This document shows, piece by piece, positions 49,687 to 59,634 of a stretch of DNA of 64,000 nucleotides (positions are counted from its first letter, which is position 1; every line of letters starts with the position of its first letter). The notes beneath the pieces were generated by a model. It did not search any database, was not told the origin of the DNA, and saw only the letters and a program-made list of their open reading frames with translations. Position numbers and translations under genes: made by a program. Source of the DNA: Bacteroidota bacterium (lineage in GTDB: Bacteria > Bacteroidota > Ignavibacteria > UBA10030 > BY39); contig JASEGV010000002.1 of assembly GCA_030017895.1 (NCBI GenBank), positions 25,482-89,481 of the forward strand, read 5' to 3'.

Positions 49687-50295
49687 TTGAGTAATAAGGA
49701 AAGAGTTTTATTTTCGATCGTCGGTATCGACCTTGCTGGCAGCCCGATGCGGAACACAGGTATTTGTTTACTGAAAGGGAAGAATGTAGTTAAGTATGCG
49801 ACTGTATATTCAGATTCTGAAATAATTTCTTTTGTGGAAGAAGCTAAGCCAGCTCTTGTTGCAATAGATGCGCCATTAAACCTGCCTCCCGGACGAAAAA
49901 ATATTGAAGACAGGAATGGCGAGCATTTCCGTCCGTGCGATAGGGAGTTGTTGAAACGCGGTATCCGGTTCTTTCCGATTACACTTGGTCCAATGCGTCC
50001 TCTAACTGTCCGTGGGATTAAACTGAAAAAAAAATTGCAAAGAAAAGGATACAAGGTCATTGAAATTTACCCCGGTGCCGCTCAGGATGTGTGGGGTATT
50101 CCACGAAAACAAAAAGGACTTCCAAAACTCAGGCGCGGTTTAGAAAAGCTTGGACTAAAAGGTTTGAATAAGGATATGAACGGCGATGAGCTTGATGCTA
50201 TTACTGGGGCATTAACTGGAAGATTATTTTTACTGCGTAAAACTGAAGTGTTAGGGAATTTTAAAGAAGGGGCGATTGTGGTGCCGCAGAAATAA
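49687..50295 (+). CDS. DUF429-family protein (predicted RNase H-fold, RuvC/YqgF-like nuclease)
   Basis: 202 aa. GIDLAGS...GICLL...AIDAPLNLP has the YqgF/RuvC-like acidic-residue pattern. TTG start. Confidence 0.55.
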   Translation: MSNKERVLFSIVGIDLAGSPMRNTGICLLKGKNVVKYATVYSDSEIISFVEEAKPALVAIDAPLNLPPGRKNIEDRNGEHFRPCDRELLKRGIRFFPITLGPMRPLTVRGIKLKKKLQRKGYKVIEIYPGAAQDVWGIPRKQKGLPKLRRGLEKLGLKGLNKDMNGDELDAITGALTGRLFLLRKTEVLGNFKEGAIVVPQK

Positions 50296-50393
50296 AATAA
50301 AAGTGTAATCCAAAAAATTTGGGTAAAAGACGGATTGCCTTTAACGTTTATTTTTTGTAAGTTTCCAGCTATAGAAACTGCTAAAATGAATTA

Positions 50394-53300
50394 ATGAAAA
50401 TTAAAACCATGCAATCGGAATCATTATTCCCCATCCTTGAGAACGAACAGCGTTGGGAAACAAAAGGAATATTCTCAGAGCATTATCTACAAACTCGTCT
50501 GAGGGAATCTCATTATTGGCCCAAAGATGAAGATGCCCGTCCAATTTATGATTTCGTTGCTGAATTATGGAAGAAGAGGTTTATAGGACTTTCGAAAGGT
50601 AACGAGGAAACAACTCGGCGTGAATTCCTGGAAAAGATTCTTGAGAAGTTAGGCATTTCATTTTATTCGAACCTCGGATTACCTGAGTCGGAGCGTGCAC
50701 AGACACCAGATTATCTTCTTTTCGAAGATGAAGAAACTAAGAATCGTGTATTCAACGAGGATAATGAAGTAAAACACCAGGCGGCAATCGGTTTGATGGA
50801 AGCCAAAAAAGTTCATCATCCGCTTGATCAAGTTTCGAAGAAGGAAACACCCGGACGTTTTCCACACCAACAGATGAAGGATTATCTGAGTCAAGCAACA
50901 AACAAAACAGGGGAGGCATATTTTAGGTGGGGTATTTTATCAAATGGTAATGTGTGGAGATTATACTGTCGTGATGCTCATCCCTCATCGTATTTTGGAT
51001 TCCATCTTGCAGGACCCGAAGAATATTTTTGCACTTTTGATGACTTTAAAATCTTTATCACCCTTTTCCAGCCGCAGGTCTTTGTAAAAAAAGATGGACG
51101 ATGCGCTCTTGATGAGATACGTGAAGAAGCAATTAGTTTCCAAACAACTCTGGAAGAAGATTTACGTCGCCGTATTTTTGCCGTTGTGCTTGATCTTGCA
51201 AATGGGTTTTGGAAATTCAAAGAAAACAAACTTAGCGAAAGAGATCTTCCGGATCTCTATAACAACTGCTTGATTTTGCTTTACCGTTTGTTATTCATTC
51301 TCTATGCTGAGGGGAGAGGTTTATTGCCTGTGAAGCTTTCAGGTGCCGGTTCTAACAAAAACTATCGAGAGAGATTTTCATTACAAAGATTCAATCTCCG
51401 TCTCAAGAAGGCAACCGAATTCCATTCTGATAATTTTACCGATTTATACGAAGAACTTCTAAAACTATTTCATCTTATCAACGGCGATAAACCTAAACTA
51501 AATAAAGAATGCGATGTTCCAAGATATAACGGCGGACTTTTTCATCCCGGCAACCATTTAAAACTTGAACAATGGCGTGTTGGTGAAAAAGCACTTGCAC
51601 AGGTATTGCGTGATTTGATTTTTAGTGCCGGGCATACGGAGCGCAGTAAACAAGGTGAATTCGAATGGGGTGCTATTGATTATGCCGATTTGGAAGTTCG
51701 ACAACTCGGTGATATTTATGAGGGATTACTTGGTGGTCATATAGAACTTCAGAACGATAAACTTGTCCTTCGCAGTGAAAAAGGAGAACTCCAAATATCG
51801 GGTACTTTCTACACTCCGGATTGGGTCGTACGTTTTCTTGTTGAGAAGACACTCAAACCGCTAATTGACGCAATAGAAAAGAGTGAAGGGGTCTTGAGCG
51901 CTCTGAAGAAGAAAAAGAAAGATAACTCATTCGCACTTAAAGTATTGAAGCTTAACGTTCTAGATAATGCTATGGGTAGCGGACATTTTCTTGTCCGTGC
52001 TACTGAATGGCTTGCCGACCAAATCGTTTATCATCCAACAACAAAATTTCAGATTGAGAATGTGCCACCGGGAATTTCTCAAGAGCAAGCCGAAGTTGCT
52101 TACTGGCGACGGCGCGTTGTTGAAGCATGTATCTACGGTGTAGATTCAAATCCTTTGGCAGTTGAGCTAACGAAACTTTCACTCTGGCTCACGTGTATTG
52201 CTTCGAATGAGCCGTTAAATTTCCTCGATCATCATCTCCGTGCCGGCAATTCATTGATCGGTGCGAAACTTCACGAATTATCCGTGTTACCAATTCATCA
52301 AAAGGAAGAGCAAATACATTTTACATTTGGTAAAAATCTTACAGAAGCAGTAAGTGATGCCATAAAAGAAATTGAAGCTATCGAGGAAGAAGCTTCGACC
52401 GAGATTGATATTGTGAAGAAGAAGGAAGAACGCTGGCGGGATAAAGTTATAAAACGACTCGATCCTTTCAGAGATGTTGCAAACCTCTGGATATCTGCCG
52501 CTTCTGGATTGACCATCAATGAGGCGGAATACACGCAGCTTGCTTCTGGATTTATTACTTCACCGAAACCGCGCTCAAAGGAATTCCAAGAGTTCAAATC
52601 TACACTTGATAAGTTTAAAGATGAATACAAACGCATTACTGACTATTTGATGCCGTTTCACTGGGAGTTAGAATTCCCGGATGTTTTTTTTCACGACGAT
52701 GGAACCATAAAAGACAATCCTGGCTTTGATGCGATTCTTGGAAATCCACCGTACATCTCTACACAAACATCAAGCGGTTTTGAATACCGAAATGCATTTG
52801 AGCAACGGTTCGGTTTCGTTGATGATCTCTATGTACACTTTGTGTTTCAAGGATTTAAGCTACTCCGTAACGGGGGAACTTTTGGCTACATCGTTTCTGA
52901 CACCTTCTTTACGCTTGCAACAAAATTGCGTATGCGCGAGCTTCTCCAGCATAACCGGTTGTTTTACATTGGGCAATGCGATCCATTTACCGCGACGGTG
53001 GATGCTGCAATTTTCGTTGCTGAGAAAAAAGATGCAAAAGAAAATTATGATCTGCATTTCATACAGGCACGTTATAAAACAGACGGTAGCACGCCCGACA
53101 AAGAACTTGTTGAGCTTGCCACGAAGCCAATGCCTCTTCTGATTAACGGCACAGCGCCAATAGAGGTAGGCGGAGGACAGCATCATGTTCTTCATGGAAA
53201 TCAGGGTTGTTTACGTTTGCATCGAATTGGCGTTGATGCGTACCGTTCCGCTGTCAAGTCAACGTTCTTTGAGCCAACAAATGCGATAACTCTTTTATAT

Positions 53301-54680
53301 AATAGATTTAATGAACCACTCAAGAAACTAGTTACCACATGGTGGGAGAAAATTGAAACATCGAAAAAGTATGATGACAATCGCGAAGAAATATTTCGCT
53401 ATCATCAAACACTGAAGCCAGGAGATGTATCACTCGTCGGTTTAATTGCCGATGGTGGACAAGGAATGAGGACGGCAAACAACGGCAGATTTCTTGGTTT
53501 TATTGAGAAAACTGAACAAGCAAAAGATATAGAGCAACGTAGGAAAGAACTTACGCACTTATGGAATATGAACCCCCAAGTCAAAGTACCTTTTGCGAAA
53601 CTGCTTGAAGAAAATGAAGGTGACTTTGAAGCTATTGTTGAACCGTTAAAGAATCAGTTTGATCCTCTCCGAATTTTGGGATTAAAACGTGGAGAAATTT
53701 ATAGGATTGTTCCAAATGAGTTGTTAGCAACACAAGAAGATTTTAACCGTGCTTACGAATTGAGAAAAGCGGAGCTTGAAGAACGATGGAAAGAATCAAA
53801 GGATTTTAAAGCTCCTTACGAAGAGTTGAAGAAAATACACGGCGAAAGGTTTTGTGAGATTTTTCATACTCTTGCAACTCGACTAAAGAAAAAGAAGCTT
53901 GCTATTACACGCCTTGGTGTTCATTCCGGTGAATATTATTTAGACGAGGTAGATGCCCCACGTATTACAACTATCTATAATGGTTTAGATGGTAAACGAG
54001 TTTGGGTTGCATTCCGTAAAGGTGATCCAGAAGGAAATAAATGGACAGATATTGAACCGCTCTACATTAAATGGTCAAATGAGAATGTAAGCTTCTTGCA
54101 CAATAATAGTGGAAGGCCAGAACCCACTATGCCAGTAATCCGAAATGCACATCTGTATTTTACAGAAGGTGTAACCTATACTTTACTTGGCAATCACGTT
54201 GAACTAAAAGCAAAGCTTCAACCCAAATGTGTGTTCGATGCAGGCGCTTCTCGCCTTACACCAAGCGTTAAGGGAATTTCTGCCTACACGTTTTTAGCGG
54301 TGTTGAACAGTAACATTTTTAGTTTCATTATTAGGAAGTTTATCAAGAACACAGCAGCATACGAAATCAACGATCTACGAATGGCACCATTTGTCATCCC
54401 CTCTAAAGACCAAGCCGCTAAACTTGAGACGCTTGCCAAGAGAGCCGTCGAAGCAAAAGAGCTTACGCTTAGAAAACTAGACCCATCGGTAGAGTTAATA
54501 AAATACTCCCGGCAGTTAGTAAAGGAACAGCAAAACGCACCTAAGTATCTCCAACCGCGCCCACAATTGTTATTACTCGATTCTTCAGAAGAATGTCTCC
54601 ACGCCATTGAGCTTGCAGTCCAATGGGAAGTGGAAAAGCTGTACGGCGTAGAAGGCACAGGACCGTTTGAGGAGTTTTAA
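50394..54680 (+). CDS. Single-chain restriction-modification enzyme of Type IIG/IIL architecture. It has an N-terminal PD-(D/E)xK nuclease, an Eco57I/PglX-type gamma-class N6-adenine methyltransferase, and a C-terminal target-recognition domain.
   Basis: 1428 aa. The PD...EAK motif is TPDYLLF(x29)MEAKK at about aa 105-138. Methyltransferase motif X is GTFYTPDWVV (aa 470) and motif I is VLDNAMGSGHFLV (aa 522). The family hallmarks YGVDSNPLAVELTKLSLWL and FHWELEFPDVF are present. Motif IV is NPPY (aa 784), followed by FGYIV. The C-terminal TaqI-C-like target-recognition domain ends with AYTFLAVLNSNIFSFIIRKF. Confidence 0.8.
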   Translation: MKIKTMQSESLFPILENEQRWETKGIFSEHYLQTRLRESHYWPKDEDARPIYDFVAELWKKRFIGLSKGNEETTRREFLEKILEKLGISFYSNLGLPESERAQTPDYLLFEDEETKNRVFNEDNEVKHQAAIGLMEAKKVHHPLDQVSKKETPGRFPHQQMKDYLSQATNKTGEAYFRWGILSNGNVWRLYCRDAHPSSYFGFHLAGPEEYFCTFDDFKIFITLFQPQVFVKKDGRCALDEIREEAISFQTTLEEDLRRRIFAVVLDLANGFWKFKENKLSERDLPDLYNNCLILLYRLLFILYAEGRGLLPVKLSGAGSNKNYRERFSLQRFNLRLKKATEFHSDNFTDLYEELLKLFHLINGDKPKLNKECDVPRYNGGLFHPGNHLKLEQWRVGEKALAQVLRDLIFSAGHTERSKQGEFEWGAIDYADLEVRQLGDIYEGLLGGHIELQNDKLVLRSEKGELQISGTFYTPDWVVRFLVEKTLKPLIDAIEKSEGVLSALKKKKKDNSFALKVLKLNVLDNAMGSGHFLVRATEWLADQIVYHPTTKFQIENVPPGISQEQAEVAYWRRRVVEACIYGVDSNPLAVELTKLSLWLTCIASNEPLNFLDHHLRAGNSLIGAKLHELSVLPIHQKEEQIHFTFGKNLTEAVSDAIKEIEAIEEEASTEIDIVKKKEERWRDKVIKRLDPFRDVANLWISAASGLTINEAEYTQLASGFITSPKPRSKEFQEFKSTLDKFKDEYKRITDYLMPFHWELEFPDVFFHDDGTIKDNPGFDAILGNPPYISTQTSSGFEYRNAFEQRFGFVDDLYVHFVFQGFKLLRNGGTFGYIVSDTFFTLATKLRMRELLQHNRLFYIGQCDPFTATVDAAIFVAEKKDAKENYDLHFIQARYKTDGSTPDKELVELATKPMPLLINGTAPIEVGGGQHHVLHGNQGCLRLHRIGVDAYRSAVKSTFFEPTNAITLLYNRFNEPLKKLVTTWWEKIETSKKYDDNREEIFRYHQTLKPGDVSLVGLIADGGQGMRTANNGRFLGFIEKTEQAKDIEQRRKELTHLWNMNPQVKVPFAKLLEENEGDFEAIVEPLKNQFDPLRILGLKRGEIYRIVPNELLATQEDFNRAYELRKAELEERWKESKDFKAPYEELKKIHGERFCEIFHTLATRLKKKKLAITRLGVHSGEYYLDEVDAPRITTIYNGLDGKRVWVAFRKGDPEGNKWTDIEPLYIKWSNENVSFLHNNSGRPEPTMPVIRNAHLYFTEGVTYTLLGNHVELKAKLQPKCVFDAGASRLTPSVKGISAYTFLAVLNSNIFSFIIRKFIKNTAAYEINDLRMAPFVIPSKDQAAKLETLAKRAVEAKELTLRKLDPSVELIKYSRQLVKEQQNAPKYLQPRPQLLLLDSSEECLHAIELAVQWEVEKLYGVEGTGPFEEF

Positions 54681-54732
54681 ATGAGCAAGCGCGGGAAATA
54701 ATTTTATCTCTATACCTGAAAGGAGGATAGGA

Positions 54733-55554
54733 ATGGAAAACAATAAAGTCGCTTTATTCAAAGGAAGACAAATTCGGAGAATAATTCATAACAATGAATG
54801 GTGGTTTGTAGTTGAAGATGTAGTACTCGCACTGACTGATAGTTTAAATCCGAAAGACTACATAAATAAGATTAGACGACGTGATCCGGAACTTGCCAAA
54901 GGGTATGGACAAATTGTCCATACCCTTCCCATCTTAACAGAGGGCGGAATGCAACAAATGAATTGTGCTAACACCGAGGGCATCTTCCGTATAATTCAAT
55001 CCATCCCGTCGCCCAAAGCCGAACCGTTTAAACGCTGGTTAGCAAAAGTCGGTTACGAGCGCGTTCAGGAAATTGAAAACCCGGAATTGGCAACAAAACG
55101 CACAAGAATGCTATACAAGCTCAAAGGATATCCGGAAGATTGGATAGAAAAACGGATGCGGGGAATTGCAATCCGTGAGGAACTTACAGACGAATGGCAA
55201 AAGCGTGGGGCTGAAGAACAAAAAGATTATAAAATTTTGACTGCCGAAATATCGAAAGCAACTTTCGGTGTTACACCATCGCAATATAAAAAACTGAAGA
55301 GATTAAAACGGGAAAACCTCCGCGACCACATGGACGACCTCGAATTGATTTTTACGATGTTGGGTGAGCGGGCTACGACTGAAATTCACCGGACAGAAAA
55401 TTCACACGGTGTTCCTAAATTAAAATCGGATGCAAAAGCCGGTGGAGATATTGCCGGCGGCGCAAGGAAGAAGTTAGAAAAAAGGTTAGGCAAATCTATC
55501 GTTTCAAAGAAGAACTATTTACCAAAATTAAAGCGGCGGAAATTACCCCGTTAG
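54733..55554 (+). CDS. Bro-N domain protein of the DinD (DNA-damage-inducible protein D) family
   Basis: 273 aa. The N-terminal Bro-N region is FKGRQIRRIIHNNEWWFVVEDVVLAL. The C-terminal half resembles E. coli DinD (KRWLAKVGYERVQE..., KLKRLKRENLRDHMDDLEL). Confidence 0.65.
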   Translation: MENNKVALFKGRQIRRIIHNNEWWFVVEDVVLALTDSLNPKDYINKIRRRDPELAKGYGQIVHTLPILTEGGMQQMNCANTEGIFRIIQSIPSPKAEPFKRWLAKVGYERVQEIENPELATKRTRMLYKLKGYPEDWIEKRMRGIAIREELTDEWQKRGAEEQKDYKILTAEISKATFGVTPSQYKKLKRLKRENLRDHMDDLELIFTMLGERATTEIHRTENSHGVPKLKSDAKAGGDIAGGARKKLEKRLGKSIVSKKNYLPKLKRRKLPR

Positions 55555-55654
55555 ATGCTTTGGCAAGTAAACCGCAGCTTACATTAATGGAGAAAGAATA
55601 CAATGAAAGTAATGCGGCTAAAGCATTTATTTTTTAAATTCCTAGCGAAGCAAA

Positions 55655-57031
55655 TTATCCAATATCAGAATTATCTTCTCTTTCCAACCCATACTTCTTA
55701 ATCTTACTGTGCAGGTGGCTTCTCTCGATATCGAGTGCTTTGGCGGTTTTACTTTTATTCCATTTGTGTAAATCGAGTAAGCGTTTTATGTACAGCGCTT
55801 CCGACCTATTCTTGAACTCCTGAAAATTATGACTCGTCGAAACTATATCATCAAGAACGCCCCCTTTTGCGCCACCCACAGTTTCGAGTGCATCAACATC
55901 TATCGTATTTCCAGAAGCCATTATTACAAGCCGTTCAATTATATTCCGAAGCTCACGAACATTACCGCTCCATCCAAGTCCATTAAGATAATCTAATGCC
56001 CTGTCGGAAATTTTCTTTGGTGCAAATCCGTTGCGCTTGCAAATATCTTCTGCGAACGCTTTGGCTAATATTGGAATGTCTTCACGTCTTTCACGTAGGG
56101 AAGGCACGTGTATAGGGATAACATTCAGACGATGGTATAAATCTTCTCTGAAATTACCTTTTTTAATTTCCTCAATCAAATTTTTATTTGTTGCTGCAAT
56201 TACACGAACATCAACAGAAATTAATCTATTGCCGCCAACTCTCTCAATTTTTCCTTCTTCGAGTACACGTAAAACTTTTGCTTGAGCAGCTAAACTCATG
56301 TCCCCGATTTCATCGAGGAAAATTGTGCCGCCGTCGGCTTGCTCGAACTTACCAATGCGCTGCGCAGTTGCGCCTGTGAATGAACCTTTCTCGTGTCCGA
56401 ACAACTCCGATTCAATCAAATCGTGAGGAATAGCAGCACAGTTTACTTCGACCATTGTTTTTGCGGAACGCTTGCTAAAACGATGGATTGCTTTAGCTAC
56501 TAATTCTTTGCCGGTTCCGTTTTCGCCGGTTATCAGAACTCGTGTGTCGGTCGGAGCTATTCGCTCAATCAGCGATAATATCTTTTTAAGCTTCTGGCTC
56601 TCTCCTAAAATTTTATCTTTACCTTCAAGTTTCTGACGGATTGTTTCTATTTCAGAAGTTAATTTTTTATGCTCGAGAGCGTTGCGAAGCGTTACAAGCA
56701 ATTTGTCTCTATCGAGCGGTTTGGTTAAAAAATCGAAGGCGCCTAATTTTGTTGCCTCGACGGCAGTCTCGATTGTGCCGTGCCCGGATATCATTATTAT
56801 AGGCAAGTCGGTATGCCGGCTTTTTATAGTTTGTAATACTTCGATGCCATCCATACCCGGCATTTTTACATCGAGAAGAACAGCGTCAATTTGATTTTCA
56901 GGATTATTCAGAGCAGCTAATCCTTTCGATCCATCTTCAGCAAGCATTACTTCATATTTTTCGTAGGTGAGTATCATTTTAACTGCATCGCGGATACTCT
57001 TCTCATCGTCAATTATTAAGATTGTTTTCAT
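55655..57031 (-). CDS. Sigma-54-dependent response regulator (NtrC family)
   Basis: 458 aa. REC domain (ILIIDDE...[11 protein letters not shown]), AAA+ domain with GENGTGKE and GSFTGA, and a C-terminal HTH. Confidence 0.9.
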   Translation of the reverse strand: MKTILIIDDEKSIRDAVKMILTYEKYEVMLAEDGSKGLAALNNPENQIDAVLLDVKMPGMDGIEVLQTIKSRHTDLPIIMISGHGTIETAVEATKLGAFDFLTKPLDRDKLLVTLRNALEHKKLTSEIETIRQKLEGKDKILGESQKLKKILSLIERIAPTDTRVLITGENGTGKELVAKAIHRFSKRSAKTMVEVNCAAIPHDLIESELFGHEKGSFTGATAQRIGKFEQADGGTIFLDEIGDMSLAAQAKVLRVLEEGKIERVGGNRLISVDVRVIAATNKNLIEEIKKGNFREDLYHRLNVIPIHVPSLRERREDIPILAKAFAEDICKRNGFAPKKISDRALDYLNGLGWSGNVRELRNIIERLVIMASGNTIDVDALETVGGAKGGVLDDIVSTSHNFQEFKNRSEALYIKRLLDLHKWNKSKTAKALDIERSHLHSKIKKYGLEREDNSDIG

Positions 57032-57157
57032 AATTAATTCGTTGTTCGTTTATCTTTTTTTTTTGCATAGATTATTCGGGTATATCGAACTCAACCCCTA
57101 TCAAGGTGTAGGGGATGAGTTGGATTTATAAATTAGTAAAACCAACATAATATCTGA

Positions 57158-57886
57158 TTACGGCACAACTGTGTATAAGATATCCGATGGTTTTGCGTTC
57201 TTATTTTTCATCAGCAACAAACCAAACCTTTGTCCATCTTTATTTGCTTCCATGTCACGCTCATCATAATTACCGTCTTTAATATATCTATCTTCAATCT
57301 TTTCTACAAACGACGAATACCTTTCAGCCAGTCCCTCCGATTCGAAAACATAAATTAAAAAAGCCGAACCGAATATGTGCTGTAATTTGTCCCTGTCGCC
57401 ATACGGATACGAGGGAGAGTTGCTATAAAAATGTGTAGGAAGATTAGCGGTTCGCATTTGAAAATCTTCTTTATTTTCACTGGTTAAAGGAATGTAAAGA
57501 TTTATCAGCGGAATTTTTATACCGAGTGTGTAATGGTCGAGTGTAGCGATTGAACAAATTAGAAGAGATATTCCGGTATTGCCGCGTGTAAGTTCTTTAG
57601 CTTTTTGATATATCAAATCAACAGCCGCCAAATCACCGTTCTGTTTCCTGAAGTTAACGAATTCATCATCACGGATAAATGATTTTAATTCACCACTGTT
57701 CTTCAAAAGAAAAGGAGGGAAGAGTGTAATCATCGACTCAAATGCAGAATAATCAATTCGACTTGAATCCAGCAAATGAGTTCGAGCAAAATTAATTTGA
57801 GGATAACCCAAGGCAACAAAAATTAAAACAATATTAGTCATGTTAAGCAAATACCGTCTCATAAAAACCCAATTCCAATTCTCCAT
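57158..57886 (-). CDS. Hypothetical protein (possibly membrane-anchored)
   Basis: 242 aa. Has an N-terminal hydrophobic segment but no recognisable catalytic motif. The start could be an internal Met. Confidence 0.4.
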   Translation of the reverse strand: MENWNWVFMRRYLLNMTNIVLIFVALGYPQINFARTHLLDSSRIDYSAFESMITLFPPFLLKNSGELKSFIRDDEFVNFRKQNGDLAAVDLIYQKAKELTRGNTGISLLICSIATLDHYTLGIKIPLINLYIPLTSENKEDFQMRTANLPTHFYSNSPSYPYGDRDKLQHIFGSAFLIYVFESEGLAERYSSFVEKIEDRYIKDGNYDERDMEANKDGQRFGLLLMKNKNAKPSDILYTVVP

Positions 57887-57900
57887 AATTCAATTAATCC

Positions 57901-57917
57901 ATCCGCCATAGGCGGAC
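57901..57917. repeat. Copy of the palindromic element ATCCGCC-NNN-GGCGGA(T/C), followed by a direct repeat of ATTTATCCA
   Basis: ATCCGCCATAGGCGGAC. It is related to the copies at 8474-8490 and 8597-8613. Confidence 0.5.
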
Positions 57918-57951
57918 TCCATTTATCCATTTATCCAATGAGTCAATCATT

Positions 57952-59598
57952 CTATGTTTGTATTACTCCCGGATTGAAGCGCTGAATGTTTGGATTATTC
58001 GATGCAATCTCCAAAGCGTATGATATAATCTTCCGTGTATCTAACGGGTCGATGATGTCGTCAACCCATAATCGGGCTGCTGCGTAGAGCGGGTCAAGCT
58101 GGCGGTCGTAACGTTCATGGATTTCGGAAAGCATCTTCTGCTTTTCGTCCTCGGAAATTTTATCCTTGTTGCCGCCCAAGCGGATTGTTAACAAAGTTTC
58201 GCTCGACTGTTTTCCGCCCATAACTGCAATTTGAGCTGTGGTCCAAGCGAAAATAAACCGGGGGTCGTAAGCTTTGCCACACATAGCATAATTTCCGGCA
58301 CCGTAGCTGTTGCCGATTACGAAAGTAATTTTCGGGACAACGCTGTTAGCAACTGCGTTTACCATTTTTGCACCATCCTTAATAATGCCGCCTTGTTCCG
58401 AACGGGTTCCGACCATAAACCCCGTAACATCCTGAAAAAAGATAAGCGGTATATTTTTTTGATTGCAATTCATTATGAACCGAGTGCCTTTATCAGCGCT
58501 GTCGCTGTAGATAACACCGCCAAATTGCATTTCGCCTTTTTTGGTTTTTACAAGTGCACGCTGGTTGGCAACAATACCTACTGCCCAGCCTTCGATGCGT
58601 GCATAAGCCGTGATGATAGTTTTTCCAATTCCCGCTTTATACTCGTCGAACGAATCCTCGTCAACGATGCGGGCTAAAATCTGGTAAGTATCGTATGGTT
58701 TGGTTCTGTCGTCTGAAAAGATACCGTAAATTTCTGTGGGGTCGAGCTTCGGCGGTTTGGAAGCGATCCTGTCAAATCCGGCTTTGGGTGTATGTCCGAG
58801 CTTGCTTATGATGTTGCGAATGGTTTCCAGACAAACTTCATCGTTCGGCATTTTATAATCTGTAACGCCGCTTATTTCGCAGTGCATAGATGCGCCGCCT
58901 AATTCTTCGATATCGGCATCTTCGCCGATTGCGGCTTTAACGAGTGCTGGTCCTGCTAAAAATAAGCTTCCGTTTTTTTCTACAATCATAGCTTCGTCAC
59001 TCATGATCGGGAGGTAAGCTCCGCCCGCCACGCAAGGCCCCATAATCGCGGAGATTTGGACAATTCCCATCGATGACATTACTGCGTTGTTACGAAAAAT
59101 TCTGCCGAAGTGTTCTTTATCCGGAAAAATTTCATCCTGCATCGGAAGGAAAACACCAGCCGAGTCGACAAGGTAAACTATTGGAAGACGATTCTCCATC
59201 GAGATTTCCTGCGCTCGAAGATTTTTTTTACATGTAATCGGAAACCATGCGCCTGCTTTAACTGTCGCGTCGTTTGCGACGATTACCACATCTCGACCGT
59301 GAATTTTTCCGATGCCGAAAATTGTTCCTGAGGCCGGAGCTCCGCCGTATTCGTTGTACATATCATAAGCGGCAAATAGACCGATTTCGAGGAAATAACT
59401 TCCGGAATCGATCAGCTTTTCAATTCTCTCTCGTGCGGTTAGTTTGTTTCGTTTATGATGCCGTTCGATGAGTTCCTTACCACCGCCCAATTTGATGATA
59501 TCGGCTTTCGCTTTTATCTTTCTTACTAAATTTTTGTTAAAGTCCTCGTTGCGGTTGAAGCCGTTGTCGTGTGGTATTTCAGTTCCAAGTTTTGCCAT
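57952..59598 (-). CDS. Acyl-CoA carboxylase carboxyltransferase subunit (methylcrotonyl/propionyl-CoA carboxylase beta-like)
   Basis: 548 aa. Tandem carboxyltransferase (crotonase-fold) domains with the conserved ...GGAYLP... and ...GNSYGAGNYAMCG... segments. Confidence 0.8.
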   Translation of the reverse strand: MAKLGTEIPHDNGFNRNEDFNKNLVRKIKAKADIIKLGGGKELIERHHKRNKLTARERIEKLIDSGSYFLEIGLFAAYDMYNEYGGAPASGTIFGIGKIHGRDVVIVANDATVKAGAWFPITCKKNLRAQEISMENRLPIVYLVDSAGVFLPMQDEIFPDKEHFGRIFRNNAVMSSMGIVQISAIMGPCVAGGAYLPIMSDEAMIVEKNGSLFLAGPALVKAAIGEDADIEELGGASMHCEISGVTDYKMPNDEVCLETIRNIISKLGHTPKAGFDRIASKPPKLDPTEIYGIFSDDRTKPYDTYQILARIVDEDSFDEYKAGIGKTIITAYARIEGWAVGIVANQRALVKTKKGEMQFGGVIYSDSADKGTRFIMNCNQKNIPLIFFQDVTGFMVGTRSEQGGIIKDGAKMVNAVANSVVPKITFVIGNSYGAGNYAMCGKAYDPRFIFAWTTAQIAVMGGKQSSETLLTIRLGGNKDKISEDEKQKMLSEIHERYDRQLDPLYAAARLWVDDIIDPLDTRKIISYALEIASNNPNIQRFNPGVIQT

Positions 59599-59634
59599 AA
59601 GAATATTTTAGATTGATGATTTGGGATTTATGAA

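Noticed and set aside
53143-53162. TAACGGCACAGCGCCAATAG inside the RM coding sequence, resembling motif 1 of the repeated element (13 of the first 15 nt)
   Set aside because: The similarity ends after 15 nt and lies in coding sequence (…LINGTAPIEV…). It is most likely chance.
50394-54680. BREX (PglX) system
   Set aside because: PglX-like methyltransferase motifs are present, but none of brxA, brxB, brxC, pglZ or brxL is in the window. The protein also has a PD-ExK nuclease module that PglX lacks, so I call it Type IIG/IIL-like.
58231-59471. Plus-strand ORFs inside the carboxyltransferase gene
   Set aside because: They are antisense to a well-supported 548-aa carboxyltransferase and have no independent support.
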